The notes beneath the pieces were generated by a model. That model saw only the letters and a program-made list of their open reading frames with translations. It was not told the DNA's origin and ran no database searches. 64,000 bases of DNA from Azolla caroliniana (taxonomy: Eukaryota > Plantae > Polypodiophyta). Below, piece after piece: positions 40,677 to 54,095 of the stretch. Made by a program: the position numbers and the translations under genes. Numbering within the stretch: the stretch's first letter is position 1; each line of letters starts with the position of its first letter. The stretch is from contig JBHGNT010000008.1 of assembly GCA_043228905.1 (NCBI GenBank), positions 8,184,001 through 8,248,000 on the forward strand, given 5' to 3'.

Positions 40677-42410
40677 ATTGTTTAGTTCTTTCACTTTGCC
40701 AATCCGTTCTATTATGGTGTATACCTACAAGTATGTTGTCATGGAATTTCTTGCTTGTTCAGGACGTTTGAGAATTCGTCAAAAAAATACTCTTCTCCTC
40801 CGTCAGATTTGAGGCAGCGTATCCGCTTGCCCACTTGCTTCTCAACCAGACACTTGAAGTGTTCGAATACTTCGGTGTTTACCTTCATAAAATAAATCCA
40901 TGTTCACTTTGAGAAGTCATCCATGAAGGTGATGTAGTATTTTAGTCCACTAATGGATGGACTTTTGAATGGATTGCAATCACCTGAGTGTATTAGTTCA
41001 AGTGCACTCTCGCTTTGGCTTCCTTCTTTCGAAAAGGGGTGTCTATCTTGCTTGCCTAGTGGACAAGGTTCGCATATCCTCTCAAACCTCAAATTCTTGA
41101 ACCTCGATAGTCCATTCTCCACGTTCTCTCACAATGTTGAGCTCAACGTCGCCATGCTAATGTGGCCTATTCGTTTGTGCCACAAGTCTATGTCTATTGG
41201 TAAATCATTTTGTGCGAACATTGCACTTCCTCTGTGCATCAACATCTAGAACGAACATTCATCCTTCTCTTCTTCCTCTTGTCATCAGCTTTCCTTTTCA
41301 AATGTTCGATAAAGCATCCACTCTATTTAAACTTCACCTTCATGCTTGTTCTACCATTTGGCTAATAGAGACCAAATTCTTGGCAATATTCAGCACATGA
41401 AGTACGTTCTCCATGTACTTCACTTTCACTTCCTTGACGAATATTGGGATCCGTCCAATGTGGTCAATAGGGTGTGTTGTGTTGTCGCCAATTTCGGCGT
41501 AGCCTAGTCTTTCAATCTTCTCTAGCCACTTAAACCACTCCTTGTATCATATGGTTTAATGTGCCCAAGTCAATGTACCATTGTTGGTGTTCAATGCATG
41601 TTGCGATGTGAGTGCATTGTGATGTTCTCTATTGGACACTTCGCCACTATTTTGGTCATGGCATCTGATGGAGCACACAACATAGTTTGTATGGTGGTTG
41701 TTCCCGTTCGGCTCATGTGCTTGTTTGGTTGGACAATGTGCTTGGACATGTCCTTGCTATCCGCAATACCAACATCCTCTCTCGTGTTGATTATTAGATC
41801 TTCTACCACTTTGTTTTCCTCTATCTATCTAGTGGCCTCTAGCGGGACGAGTTGCTCTGATAGAATCATTCCATCCTCCATGGGAGTGATTAGTGCCACT
41901 GCATTGGCTTCTCCTATTATTGTGGTTTGGCCCACTACGTACCCACCACGACCTAGGCTTGAGCTTGAATAGAGCAATCGCTCATCTGGCTCAATAGTTT
42001 TCTTGCTTGATTCCTCCATTAAGTTTCATTCTTCAACGATAAGCATTGAGACAAGATCGTTAAATGTGGGAAGTTACATTTTCCCTTGTCAAGACTGACG
42101 TCTTGAAGCTCTTGTATTGTGGCCCTAGGCCACACAAGCATACCTTTGCTCAATCCTCATCATCTACTGCTACGTCAATGGATGCGAGCAATTTGCATAT
42201 GCTCTTTATGGTGAGCACATAATCACCAATCGCCATCCGCCCCTTCTCGATTGTGTGCAACTCATTCTTGAGTTGCAACCTCCTTGCCTTCATGTTGACA
42301 ACGAAGACTTTGATGAGGTTGTCCCATGCTTCGTTTGGGGACTTCGCGCTTTGAATGTGTTCGACCATGGCATCCGACATGTTCATCGATAGCCAATAGA
42401 GGACCTTCAA
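40677..42410 (-). mobile_element. Decayed copia gag-PR-integrase fragment
   Basis: UBN2 gag (ARRLQLKNELHTI), WHKRIGH, LELIHSG, YYITFMDDFS. Confidence 0.8.
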
Positions 42411-43620
42411 TTATTTGCGAGATATTCAATTTTTGGGAATAAAACTAGTAGAGAACATGGTTTTTGGTACAAGTGTCATGTTTTCAATTATTTATAAAAT
42501 TATCAACCTCGAAGCATAAAACTCTTCTTCGTACATGATTTTCATCAATCCACTCCAACTCATCCAACTTTCCAAGTCAAGGAATAGCTAGACAAAGACA
42601 CTTCCTAGCATGAGCACAAAGCACAATTGTTGCAATTCACTGCCACAATCAATCGTATATATATAAGAACATTTCACCTCATATAAAGTATCTGAAATAT
42701 ATCATAATTGAGTGAAGCAATTATTAATGACAATGTATGTGATAAATAATATGAAATAAGTTATGCTTCCTCTAACATTAAGATCCTTCTCTATCTAAAC
42801 TTTCTTATCCCTGCATTTTCCAGGTTCTATTAAGAAATATAATCAACAATGGTTCTTGGGTCTACATTCATTCCAAATAAATCATCACAGATTGATTGCA
42901 ACACAACAAAACAAAGGACAAATAGCCAATTTGAACATCTTACAAAGCTATGCCCAACATTAAAAAATTGCTCCAAATCAACCATCTCAACAAAGTTTTG
43001 CTGAAGAAAAGCATTTACAACAAGGTTGCAGAACAAACATCACAAGAGTTGTGATCGAATTTGAGTTAACCTGCAACCCTAACTTTTTTTCATGATTGCA
43101 AATACATTTATTTTGTCAACAAAAGTGTATCAAAAAATGATATATTCAACAAAATCCTTTCGATCATAGTTTTCACTGCAAGTTATAATACTATAACCCA
43201 TGTCGTAGATGTGTTTTGGCACACTGACTCTATTTCAAGAAATTATGGGTACTGCTCCACCATCAAAAACTTGATTAAATAAAGGAGTGCAATAATTATT
43301 CACCATATTATGGGTCACAAACTGGGAACAAAAAGTGATACACGTTAACAAAAAAACACTTAATTCTCCTATGTTAATTACCCAATTATTCTTCTGTACA
43401 AAGAACTAGTTCAATGGAATCCCTTTTTTTATTCAGATTAATTTTTGTTCTGTATACACAATTTCCGTGTAGAATCGTGTTGGGCCTCTTCTGTTACACA
43501 GCAAGATTATCTCCCTCTCCCTCCTGGCATAGTGAAAAGGTTTATCCAAGGAAAACATGTTTTTGGTCTTAGACAATCTGTTAGCCAGAAAACCATGACC
43601 CATTTTGTAAAGTGAGAAAA

Positions 43621-46600
43621 CTAGCTGTCTTTTCCCCCACTGTATTCTACACTTGTTTCATAGGCTGTGCAGCCATCATTATCCACTAAAGATGGATCAG
43701 CACCTTTCTCCAAGAGCAATGTAGCAATATCCTCCCATTCACAAGTAACAGCATAGTGTAATGGTGTCTGCCCCTCTGAATCCTGAAAACTTGAGTACAT
43801 CAGGGAAAATGAGGGAGGTAATGTGATGCATGAGCACAATAACTAAAAATCTATATCCATCAACAGAAATGCTGTTATTGAAAGGATTTCTCTATGAAGC
43901 ATAGGGAGGAAGAGGGAACTATTGTTATCAATGAGAATAATAATTATATTTAAGCTGAATTGCATTGTATACAGGAAACTACTACACATGAACAATTTAA
44001 GCATATTAAAGAAGATGCGATACTACATGTGAACTACTAAGCATATTAGGGAAGAAAGAATGAGTATTATGGTTTCAAATAATCGCTCATATAACCTTAT
44101 TGCGTAGTATGCTGGAAACTCCACAAGAACTAGTCTTATTGACAAGTTCTTTACTACTATGCTACTGTTATGGATGAACCAGACTCAAACTCTGAAGCCA
44201 TAAAACTTAATAACATGAAAGTTTCAAGGAACTAATGTTAATAACGAGACGTTTCCTATAGGGAAAAGTGAGCTATCACTCTGAAGAACACAATAACTTT
44301 AAATATAAACAGGAATGTGAATAAGAAATAAACATCAGAATTTTGTGAGACAGTGACCCCAATAAAAGAACATGGCCAACAATCTAATCCATTTTGTTCC
44401 TGTTGACACCATACCTTCAGGTTGACCTGCGCTCCTCTTGAGATTAATAATCTCACAATGTCAAGATGACCCTGATCAGCTGCCCAGTGTAAAGCAGTTC
44501 GGCCATCGGTGTCTGCAAGAAGGTACACTCAACCATCAGTGAAATTAGTCTTAAATAAGCATATCTCATTCATGTGCATCATTATGTCATATATTCTTAG
44601 TAAAACAGACAAAAATATAGCTTGAATACATCTATCACAGGATCTCCAAAAATGAAGAGCATATTATGCCATGAAGAATTTTAGAATTGCATACAAGAAA
44701 TGCCTTGCAAAAGCATATACAATGGTATGTACCATCATCATATATATAATGTCCTCTAGACATCTGTTACTTCTCTTTTCCTTACAACCCCTTTCGTATT
44801 GCTGCTATGCATATTCTATTTTTTTATCATTCCCTACCCCATTTCCATGCCCTGTTCCTTTTATTTCAAGTATGAATATGACACTATCCAATTTCATACC
44901 TCTCTTATTAGCTTCTCCTACTGCTATGTACATCCTTTTTTTTGCCATTCCCTCACTGTTTCCATGCTTTATAGCTCTTACTTTAAGTATGAGTATGACT
45001 CTATTGCAACTACCACAAAACATTGGCAGATGCTTTTGGTTAAAAATAGACTCTATAATCTATTCTTGCTTTATTGACCTTCTTTTCAAAAACATTAAAT
45101 GAAATTGAGAAGCAAAAGATCACTTCACATTTTTGACATCATGTCTTACGTGGGTGGCAAATTTGAGAATGTGAAAATGGTATGCAGATGATTGAAATGG
45201 CAGCATGTATATTCAAGTGAGGAGAAGCCTGAGGTGAAAGTTCTTATAGACGCCTCATTCAGACAGGTAGTCAAGGATTGGATGAGCAAAGCTTGGAGCA
45301 TGGAATAGTCGTTCTATCTATAATAAAATGGATGCACAGCAGAAGAGAAAACTTTTACTACAAAAACAGAACAAGAAATTAAACATACCAGCGTAGACAA
45401 TTCACAATCAAATATGGTGGAATCAATAAGAATGCAATTTTCCAAGAGGACGTACATAGAATCTCAAACACGGACTATGTACCCCATCAAAGTGACATAT
45501 CCTTCCAGAGAAACATATAAATATATGAGCATCATGCTCAAATCCAATGACATCTGCAAGATGATTATATGCATTTGGATGGAGACCATTTATAACATCA
45601 TTCATCAGTACATGTAAGAGGATAGTAGCAACAGTTCAGATTGAATTGGATCACGAAATTATGGTTTAATGACCTGAACGCTTTGGTTTAAGTTCCCAAA
45701 TAAGGAAACAGTGTGGTTTATTTTGGGGGTCTACTGTTTCAGTTTGAAACTGTACTGGATTTACAATAACTGACTATCAAGTTTGAAACTGAGGCTTAAA
45801 TAGCTGATAGGGTCATTTGACATTATAATTTAATATATTTCCTTAATGCATAGTATATTTGTTGTACTAATGATTCGCTAGACAGTTCACGGTTTGTTGG
45901 TAAACAGTTTAAATGGTTTGGGTCGGAGGATCTCTTAAATGATTCAGTTCAAATGGTTTTCAGCTTAAATGCTTTCGACTTCAACAGTTTCCCAGTTTGG
46001 TTTGGTCTAGGTTTCAATTTTTTTAACGGTTTGAGATTTCTAAACTGAGCAGTTGCTAATAGTTAACGGGTAGGATGAAATTACAAGAAACTTAGAGAGA
46101 TGAGGCGATAGTTCTTCTTGAGACCTTTGGGTTCTTTCTCACTTAACAGTCACAAATTCTAGAATCCAGCTGTTCATATGGCAAACTTAATTGGCTTCAT
46201 GTTAGAGCTTCTGTATGTTGTTGTGCAAAATAAGAAGCCCATTGGGACTCAGACTTTTCTTTCATATTTTGGTTAAAAACTCGAAGTCATATGTGAAATT
46301 CATATGCATTTGGATGTGATGTGAACGGTGACATCCTTGAAGTCAAGTTAGACAAGTTACAGGCAAACTGAGGCAGGATGGGAGGGTGAGCCTTCTTCAA
46401 TACTTTGGAGTCTTCCCATATTTATACAATCATCTCAGAGACAGAACACGCATTTGGGCATGATTTGAACAATCACACCCTCGAAGTCAAATTAGACAAG
46501 TTAACAAGCAAACTGAGACATGATGAGGAGGTGAGCCTTCTTGAATTCTTCAGAGTCTTTGCATATTTATAAAAACATCTCAGAGACGATCCCATGCATT

Positions 46601-49600
46601 TGGATGTGATATGAACAGCTGCACCTTCGAAGTTGAGTCAGACAAGTTATAAGCAAACTGAGACTGCATGAAAAGGTGGGCCGTCTTGAATAATTCAGAG
46701 TCTTCTTATATTTACACAATCACAAATTCTGGACTTCCAGAATCTGAATATAAAATATAGACTACCTAAATTTAGGCTAGAACCTTCATTTTGGTTAACT
46801 TGTATTATTACTCGGTCCTTTGGGGATGTTGATTTTTAGAATGATAGTTTTTATAAACCAAAAAGAAAAAGATGGATTGTCATCCTACACTGCTTTCCGT
46901 ATTTTAGCCATGCCTGTACAACTTTGGTTCACCAGCAGGAATATGGTTGATTATTAATAATTGTATTTGTTACTGCAAGCAATCTTTATAACTATGTAGC
47001 ACCTACAACCACCACTCAATATGTACACTCAGCAGATGACAGGGAAGTTCATAAACTATATACAATTCAAGTCCATCAAAATTGAAAAACATTTTCAGCA
47101 ATAACATTCGCAACACATTAATCAGATGCACACACACCCTTTTGATCAATTGACAGTCCAGACTGTAACAAGTCTTCAACACCTTTCAGATTTCCTTCCT
47201 TAGCAAAGATATGTAGATCTTCTAAACTGGCATAAATGTATATAGAGTTAATGCTTTAGAATAACCAAAACAAGAAGAATAAGAAATGAATTCATTTCTA
47301 AGACATTTACCCCTCATCCTCTGTGCTCTCTTTTGCTTGTGTGAGTGTACTGAAGACTGGTCCCATTCCTGTTGTTTTCTCACTCTTTGGAAAAGAGTAT
47401 GCATCACTGCTTTCGGTGCCATCTTTACTCTGCAAACAAAAAGAAAAAATTAAAAACGATCCTAAAAGCCTGAGTCTTAAAAGAACCTAGTACTAGTACT
47501 TCATGACCCTAAAAGCTAAACTTAGAAGTCACAAGAACATTGTATAAGTATTAGTACTTAGTACAACTAATACTTACTCCTGCAGTAAGGTTCCAATCAG
47601 GGCATAGCTCTGAAATCAGCGCAATATAATGTTGCATACCCTCCTCACGCGAAATTTGACCAAAATGTTTCCAGGAGTTCCTGTACATGCCAATAAAAGG
47701 TCCATCATGCATGAATTCCAATTAAAGGAAGGGAATTGACTGAGGAAATAAGACTAGCAGAATGACAAGACCAAGTTCTTTCCTTTTACAGAATACAAAA
47801 GAAAACATACATACTTAAAAATAAAATAGTACCCAAAACTTTCAGCTAAGATGTGCATTTATATGCGAGCTGCAAACCATCCTAAATCTGGATGGAGCAG
47901 TGGTCATCAATAGAACATACACACCAGAGCCATGTGATATAAAGAGCTCTTCTCTCAAGTATGAATACAGCACTTTACATATAAGGAGAAGAGATTCTGA
48001 AATGCATAGATAGATACTGCGTCTCTGCTAATGAAGACTATATCACCATGATGATCAACAACTAACAAGGATAAAAGGCACTAGCTAATGGCATCATTCT
48101 ACTCCACACCACACTTTCCTCACTAACTAAAGTATTTGATAAGCTTCAGAGGGGCAATCACACCACACTTTCCTGCCTAACTAAAGTATTTGATAAACTT
48201 CAGAGAAAGGCGATGTCAATCATACTTCTCTGCTTTTAACACAGAAATAAGGAGTTCAGTGATGGTGATTTATCAGAATTTAGCATTTCTTATCTGCTCT
48301 TTTTCCATCAGAAATTTGGGTTTCATTTCTGTTTCTGTTTACCTAACAATATTTTTTTTGCCATTTAATTAAAAATTTCAGAAACTAGGTTTTCTGAAAC
48401 TAGGAATTTCAGCAGCAACATTCAATGTTTGCACACACTTGCAGGTTTCTCTACAATTTTACAGCGACTTGCTGAAAATTTAGTAGACGTCTCTGTGATA
48501 TGTGATATTAGGGTTTTCAGCAGCACAGCAGGTTGGCTGGGATACTCCTACAGGTTTTGTTGTGCTGGATGAAACGCTATTTCTGCAATCTTCTGATTCT
48601 AGTTGGATTGATAAAGAAATACCTGCAGACTACCAAGATTTGGGGTCAATCAGTGTATTCTGTCAAATCTTCTAACTGTTGCTCACTTTTAATCTCTGTT
48701 TCAGTCTATTTTACCCTCTTCAGAGATGGCAATATAGCTTTCTTTCTTCAAGCATATATCGGTTAAGTCAGAAGACATGAGTTAACAGACTACCTATATT
48801 GGCCACATGCTAGCCAAATTATATGGCATTGGGCTTGATGCAGAAGTTAACAGTTACACAGAGGTTCAAGAAATACACGCCCTATGCCATGCACAATTCA
48901 GGTGAGCATTCTCTGCCATTGATCAATTCTCTATTATTTCTTGGTGGTATAATCTTGATCTCTGAATCTCATGCAGATCTAAACCATCATCTAAATGCCC
49001 TGGACGTTTTTATGCATGAGACGGCATCATGGTGAATATTGGAAAGACTACATGATCCGCACTGACTCACAGAGAATGTCTTCAAAGTAGAGAAATCCTA
49101 CATAAGTCACATTTACTTGTAGCATTAGACGATTCTCTACAACCCAAGCCAACAAAGATCAAATAACTTGAACTTTGGACATGCTAGAACAACCATACCA
49201 CGATCCTTGAACATCATATAAAGTTATGGTTATACAATTGGACACCATGATCACCCATACTCGTATGTAGCATATGGACTCCAAACCTGGACGCAAACAA
49301 AAATTTTACTGGTCATGATGTTGCCAAGATTATATGTAGTAAAGCCCCATTCCATGCAACATCAACCAAGCTGAATTGAATGCACCTCCATGCTTATAGA
49401 CGCATTGTTCCTCATAGTGAACCTCATAATCAAATGGATCCAAACTACGCTAATTGAAAAAATAACAAGTAAGTTGGTCAAAGAATATAAGCGAATGGTG
49501 ACAACAGTAGAGGGAGGAATGGTACTCATCATAATTATGAGCTCGTTCACCAATATAGGCTCGACATTGGGAGGTTGCGTACACCAGACTCCAAACGATG

Positions 49601-51648
49601 ATAAATGGAACAATCAATACCCAAAAGATTTGGACCAGACCAAGAGGGGACTATAAAGATCAATTCATGATCTTCTTAGACATATTTGTGATCATGCTTT
49701 TATTTCTTCAGTATGGACAAGATGAAGCTAGACACATTTGTTATCATGATTTGTTGTATAAGCAAACTTCAGTCCTAGTAGAGCTTAATGTCTCTCTCCC
49801 TCCCTCTCTCTCAATATAAGGCCAGAATGCCTATTGATCGTATCCAACCTTATCTCATTACCAATATGAGTAGTAATGCTCATAGAGCCCTCACACTACT
49901 TCGCACTCAATCTTACAAGTTAGGTATTGAAGTTGCATCATGGTATCAAAATGTAACGAGTTTGTGGGCATGTAAAGTATGCAATGAAGGCATGGTAGAG
50001 GATGAATGTCACTTGCTCTTCACATGCTCGGCATATAGTACAATTCGTTCAAGATATGATGACATATTAAGAGGGAGTGACAACTTAAGTGCCATACCTA
50101 AGACACCACCTAGAATGTTGAGCTCATATGTGTATGCCTTATTCACACATAGAGATTTTGTGCTTCAATGTACGAATAACCCTTTTTAGGAAGGAGACAC
50201 ATATCAAGAACACATGTATACTCTTGTCCCACAGGTCAAAATTGGCCTCTTTATGGACGATAAAAAAATTCTAATTATATCAAAGAAACAAAAAAGATAA
50301 AGTACAGAAAAAGGAGCAAGATTTGCACCATTTGGCTCGAGCAGAAAGCCGATAGGCAGGAGGTTGTGGAGAGGCACAAGGGCCTTCTGTTGACTGCTTA
50401 TAGAGGCCATAAAGCTGAAGCTTCAGGTCATTTGAGATATTTGATGTGGAACTTAAAACCAACTTCTCAAGAAAGGATGCAGCTTTTCCAAACTTCCTCT
50501 CTAGTTCAGTTCCTTCAATGCCTTCCCAATCTTCTTCATCTGAGAGGAGACTTTCCTCTTCAATCTTTTCCTGTCTCTCTGTAAGAAATGTCGGTGAAAA
50601 ATCAATTCTTACCATCAATTTAACTGTATTTTATCAATTTCTTTCTTTATTCATATCGTTATCCAAGAAATGCAGGAGAAAATGCTTCCATTTCAGCATT
50701 CTGAAAATCAATATTACTTTCATCTTGTGTTTTCTTTTTTCGTGTCCTTGTGAAAGAAAACACATGAAAAAAGGTCCATATCAGTATTATGAAATCTAAC
50801 CCATTCTCTTCTATCATTTCTTCCCTTTCTCATGTCCTCATGCAAGAAAGGGAGAAGAGAAGGGCATGTTTACTCTCTTTATCTTTCCTTTTTTTTCTCA
50901 TGTGCTTGTGCAAGAAACACAAGAGAAATGCTTCCATTTCAGCATTCATACCATAAATAACTCCTCTCTCTTTACCTGAAGATAGACTAGCTGATTCTGC
51001 CGTAGTATCCCAATGTTCTGAGGGCATAATCGCTGCATTCCCTACACAGGCAGCTAGTATATTTGATTATACAAGAAATATGTGACAATTTGCTTTATTT
51101 CAGCAACAGGCAAAGGGTTCGCTTTTATGTCTTTGCGTAAGCAACATTTCAAAACAAATCATCAAAATTGTGTGTCTTTTGAGTGAGAGGCACAGAAGAA
51201 ATCATTCACCTGAAGAAAGCCTTGCTGCTTCCTCCTCGCTCTTCAGAGAAAGCCATTTTTCTCCTGGTATAGAAGCTACGTTTTCTGCACCAGAAGTTTC
51301 TATTATTCCTCTTATCCAAATCTTCTATTACTTTCTCTATTGAAAGATTCGACACCCTTCTGCATAAAAAGCTTCCATACCTTCTTGATAAAAAACTTCT
51401 CTCTTTTGGCTGTCGATGTTATTATGTCTTTGAATGCTTTCTCTGACGACGTTCCCGTCTTTTCCAGCAGACTGTGTTGTTTCTTCATGGAACAGAAGCT
51501 CAGACGTTTCTCCAGGGTCACGTGCGATCCTGAGGTTGTGCTTTCGGAAAGAAATCACCACAGAGATGAGCTTTGCGAGCATAAACGCGAAGATAAGGGA
51601 GAAGACGCAAGTGCTGAAGATCCATTCCTGAGACTCATGTAGGGCCAT
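43621..51648 (-). CDS. ACBP: Acyl-CoA-binding domain protein with ankyrin repeats (class II, ACBP1/ACBP2-like), ~414 aa, 9 predicted exons
   Basis: Exons 51381-51648, 51210-51299, 50976-51041, 50329-50578, 47578-47680, 47311-47429, 47138-47226, 44415-44512 and 43621-43782 join in frame with GT-AG introns. N-terminal TM segment, DWEGIE, LQLYGLYKQSTEGPC..ARAKW ACB domain, GMGPVFS, ankyrin repeats (GRTALHWAAD, GQTPLHYA). Exons 2-3 are less certain. Confidence 0.9.
46300..46730. repeat. Intronic tandem repeat, ~145 bp x3
   Basis: GCATTTGG...AGACAAGTTA..GCAAACTGAG...GAGTCTT recurs at ~46306, ~46450 and ~46596. Confidence 0.85.
49360..50190 (+). mobile_element. LINE ORF2 3' remnant in an ACBP intron
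   Basis: LRTQSYKLGIE..W..CKVCNEGMVEDECHLLFTCSAY C-terminal CCHC motif; left boundary uncertain. Confidence 0.7.
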
Positions 51649-51821
51649 GGTTCAGCGGAGGATGAGAAAGTAGAGAGAGAGACGGCAGCGGCGGTAGCGG
51701 TGGCGGTGGCGATGGCGATGGCGATGGGAGCTCTAAAGGGAGGAATCGCGTCAGACATGGAGAAGAAGCTGTGTGCTGTCTGTGTGTGGGGTTGAGCAGA
51801 AGAGAGCTAATGGGACTGACA

Positions 51822-51930
51822 TGGATGGGATGGGATGGGATGGGATGGGAATGACATGGATTCACATACATACATACATACATACATACTACTGTGTTCG
51901 AGATTCGAGAAGATAGATAGATAGATAGAT
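51822..51930. repeat. Compound microsatellite (GGATG)n-(CATA)n-(GATA)n just upstream of ACBP
   Basis: Direct reading of the sequence. Confidence 0.9.
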
Positions 51931-52130
51931 TATATTATTGTCTTCGGAGGTCAAATATGAGACCAGAAAAAAATTATATTTCACATGATACGTGTGAAAA
52001 CGAAGTACTGACTCTCGATGTTCAAGAACTTTACCAAGGAATGTTGCAATCGAGAGTGCACATTGTGGTGGTTGTGAGAGGAATTCGTGCAAAGGATTGG
52101 GCTTGGTCGAATATGATCAAAGGCAGAGCA

Positions 52131-52488
52131 TTATATCAAAGTGTGATACTCACACTCTCGAACTTGTTTAGGGCAAAGTTTGCATAGTCGACCACTCTCA
52201 TCACTTGTGTCCCAACGCTTCGTCTCACATTGCAATGCATGTGAGCTAAGTCGCATGGAAGCAATGGTTTGAATAGAAGCCAATGGAATGGGCTCTAACA
52301 TGTATCGATGTGTACAGTTTCCTTGTTCCGTAAAGAATATGGTTTTGTAATTAGGTGCAACATGTGTAGTATAATGTATGAAGCGTGAGCCTCCACATTT
52401 TTCCCACATCATGATACATTGGCATAGCAAAAAGGTCTCATTTACATAGGAATATAGTAATGCATCATGAAGCAAATATATTGCATCC
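52131..52488 (-). mobile_element. LINE ORF2 C-terminus (continuation of 61899-62522)
   Basis: MRLSSHALQCETKRW..CKLC...ECEYHTLI; frame joins across the CATCC TSD. Confidence 0.8.
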
Positions 52489-52546
52489 TGTAAATAATCA
52501 AGAGATGGGTTTTTGTGAAGCGGAAGAGATGTGAGTTATGTGTGTG

Positions 52547-52596
<50 letters not shown>

Positions 52597-53921
52597 ACAC
52601 AGAGAATACGCAAGGTAAAAGTATATTGACAAAGGAGAAAGACTCAACGTTATACAAGGTGGGAGGAGGGTGCTTTATGTAATCACCCTATCTCTTCATT
52701 AACTACAAGACTCATGGAGCATGGGGAATGTGAAAGCTCATAAGTTATGTGTCATAAAATATGATTCTATGACTCATACTAAATGCTAGAATACAAAGTG
52801 GTGACATAATGGTGACTCTTGACGGGAACTACACGCTCCTTATGTCCAATGCTCGGCCACAACCGAGATTCTTTTCATACACAGAAAAAACAGGAAACGG
52901 AAAACACGCAACACAAAGAAGAGAAAAGGTACACATGAGGTTTACGTGGAAAACCCCAAACTAGGGGAAAAACCACGGCAGCCCACAGGCTGCAAACTGT
53001 CACTATGTAAGAATATACAACAGTGAGTTCACTAAGGCACCGACCTCGTGCTCACAGATCTTCGCCACAGGCGGCGATTACAACAGAGGCAGCGACCTCT
53101 TTCTCTCTCTCTCTCTCTCTGTACAGTTACGTGCACTGATCTCGTGCAAAAGCAGAAAATGACAACAACTGTTCTTACTAAAAGTTTGCCCTAAGTCATA
53201 TTTATACTAATATGACTTTTCAGCTATTTACAAATATAGCCTCGATGGACTCTCAGAAACATATTTACGAATATGTCTCTTCATCCGGTTCTTACCAGGT
53301 CTGCACCATCCGGCTCTCCGTAACCAGGTACTCCTCATCCGGTCCATACCGGGTCTGTACCATCCGGTGTCGTGCCTTTCGGCTCCGGATCGTTTGCGTG
53401 AGTCGAGTGGGAACCACTGAGGTTTTGGACTAGGAAGAGGAGAGTTTTAAGGCTAATAAGAATATAAATATGTTGTAAGAAAGAGTTATAGCAAACTCGT
53501 GAATCCCACGAGTGTATTGTATTAGATTAATCAATATGAATATAAGAATATAAACTTCGGTTGAAAGAGAATGATATAGAATCCTCGTGAATCCCACGAG
53601 TATAGTTTATTAATTGGTGTTTTTTAGAAACATATCCAGTTTCCAAGTATTTCACACACAATCACATTGTGCTCCCCATCCTTATGTAGTGATGAGGAAG
53701 TCTTAGTAATCCATGCTTTTTCTCTAACTATAGACCCCATGCTTTTACTATAGATAGACTATATGCTTTATCTAAAGTGATCATGCTTTTTTCTAACTTG
53801 TGCGTTTTTTATCATGCACGCTAGATGTGTATGTGTAGCTTTTTCTTTTGTTATGCGTTTTTCTAATGTTTATCCTAGCGTGAATTTACCTTTCTATGTG
53901 GGACATCTATGCTTTAACACT

Positions 53922-54012
53922 AATGAAATGCTAGTGTAATGGTAAGACATTATATTATTAACATGGAGGTGCAAGGTTCGAATCTTGCCCTATGCATCTT
54001 CCATTTATTTTG
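53922..54012 (+). promoter_or_regulatory. tRNA-like Pol III A/B-box cassette in the LTR (second copy ~56710-56800)
   Basis: A box TAGTGTAATGG 53932-53942; B box GGTTCGAATC from 53975 within a GCAAG..CTTGC stem; T-runs downstream. Confidence 0.6.
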
Positions 54013-54095
54013 CTATTTTCTTCTATTTCTTCATTTTTTATTGAATCTAATACTATATACGTTTTTCACGTAGTGTACAAAATACACTACGACAC

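Noticed and set aside
44790-45010. ~118-bp intronic duplication and 143-aa hydrophobic ORF (also the short duplication at 48108-48205)
   Set aside because: AT-rich intron sequence with a local tandem duplication; no coding evidence
53922-53996. Functional tRNA gene
   Set aside because: The acceptor and anticodon stems do not pair; only the A/B boxes and T-arm are retained
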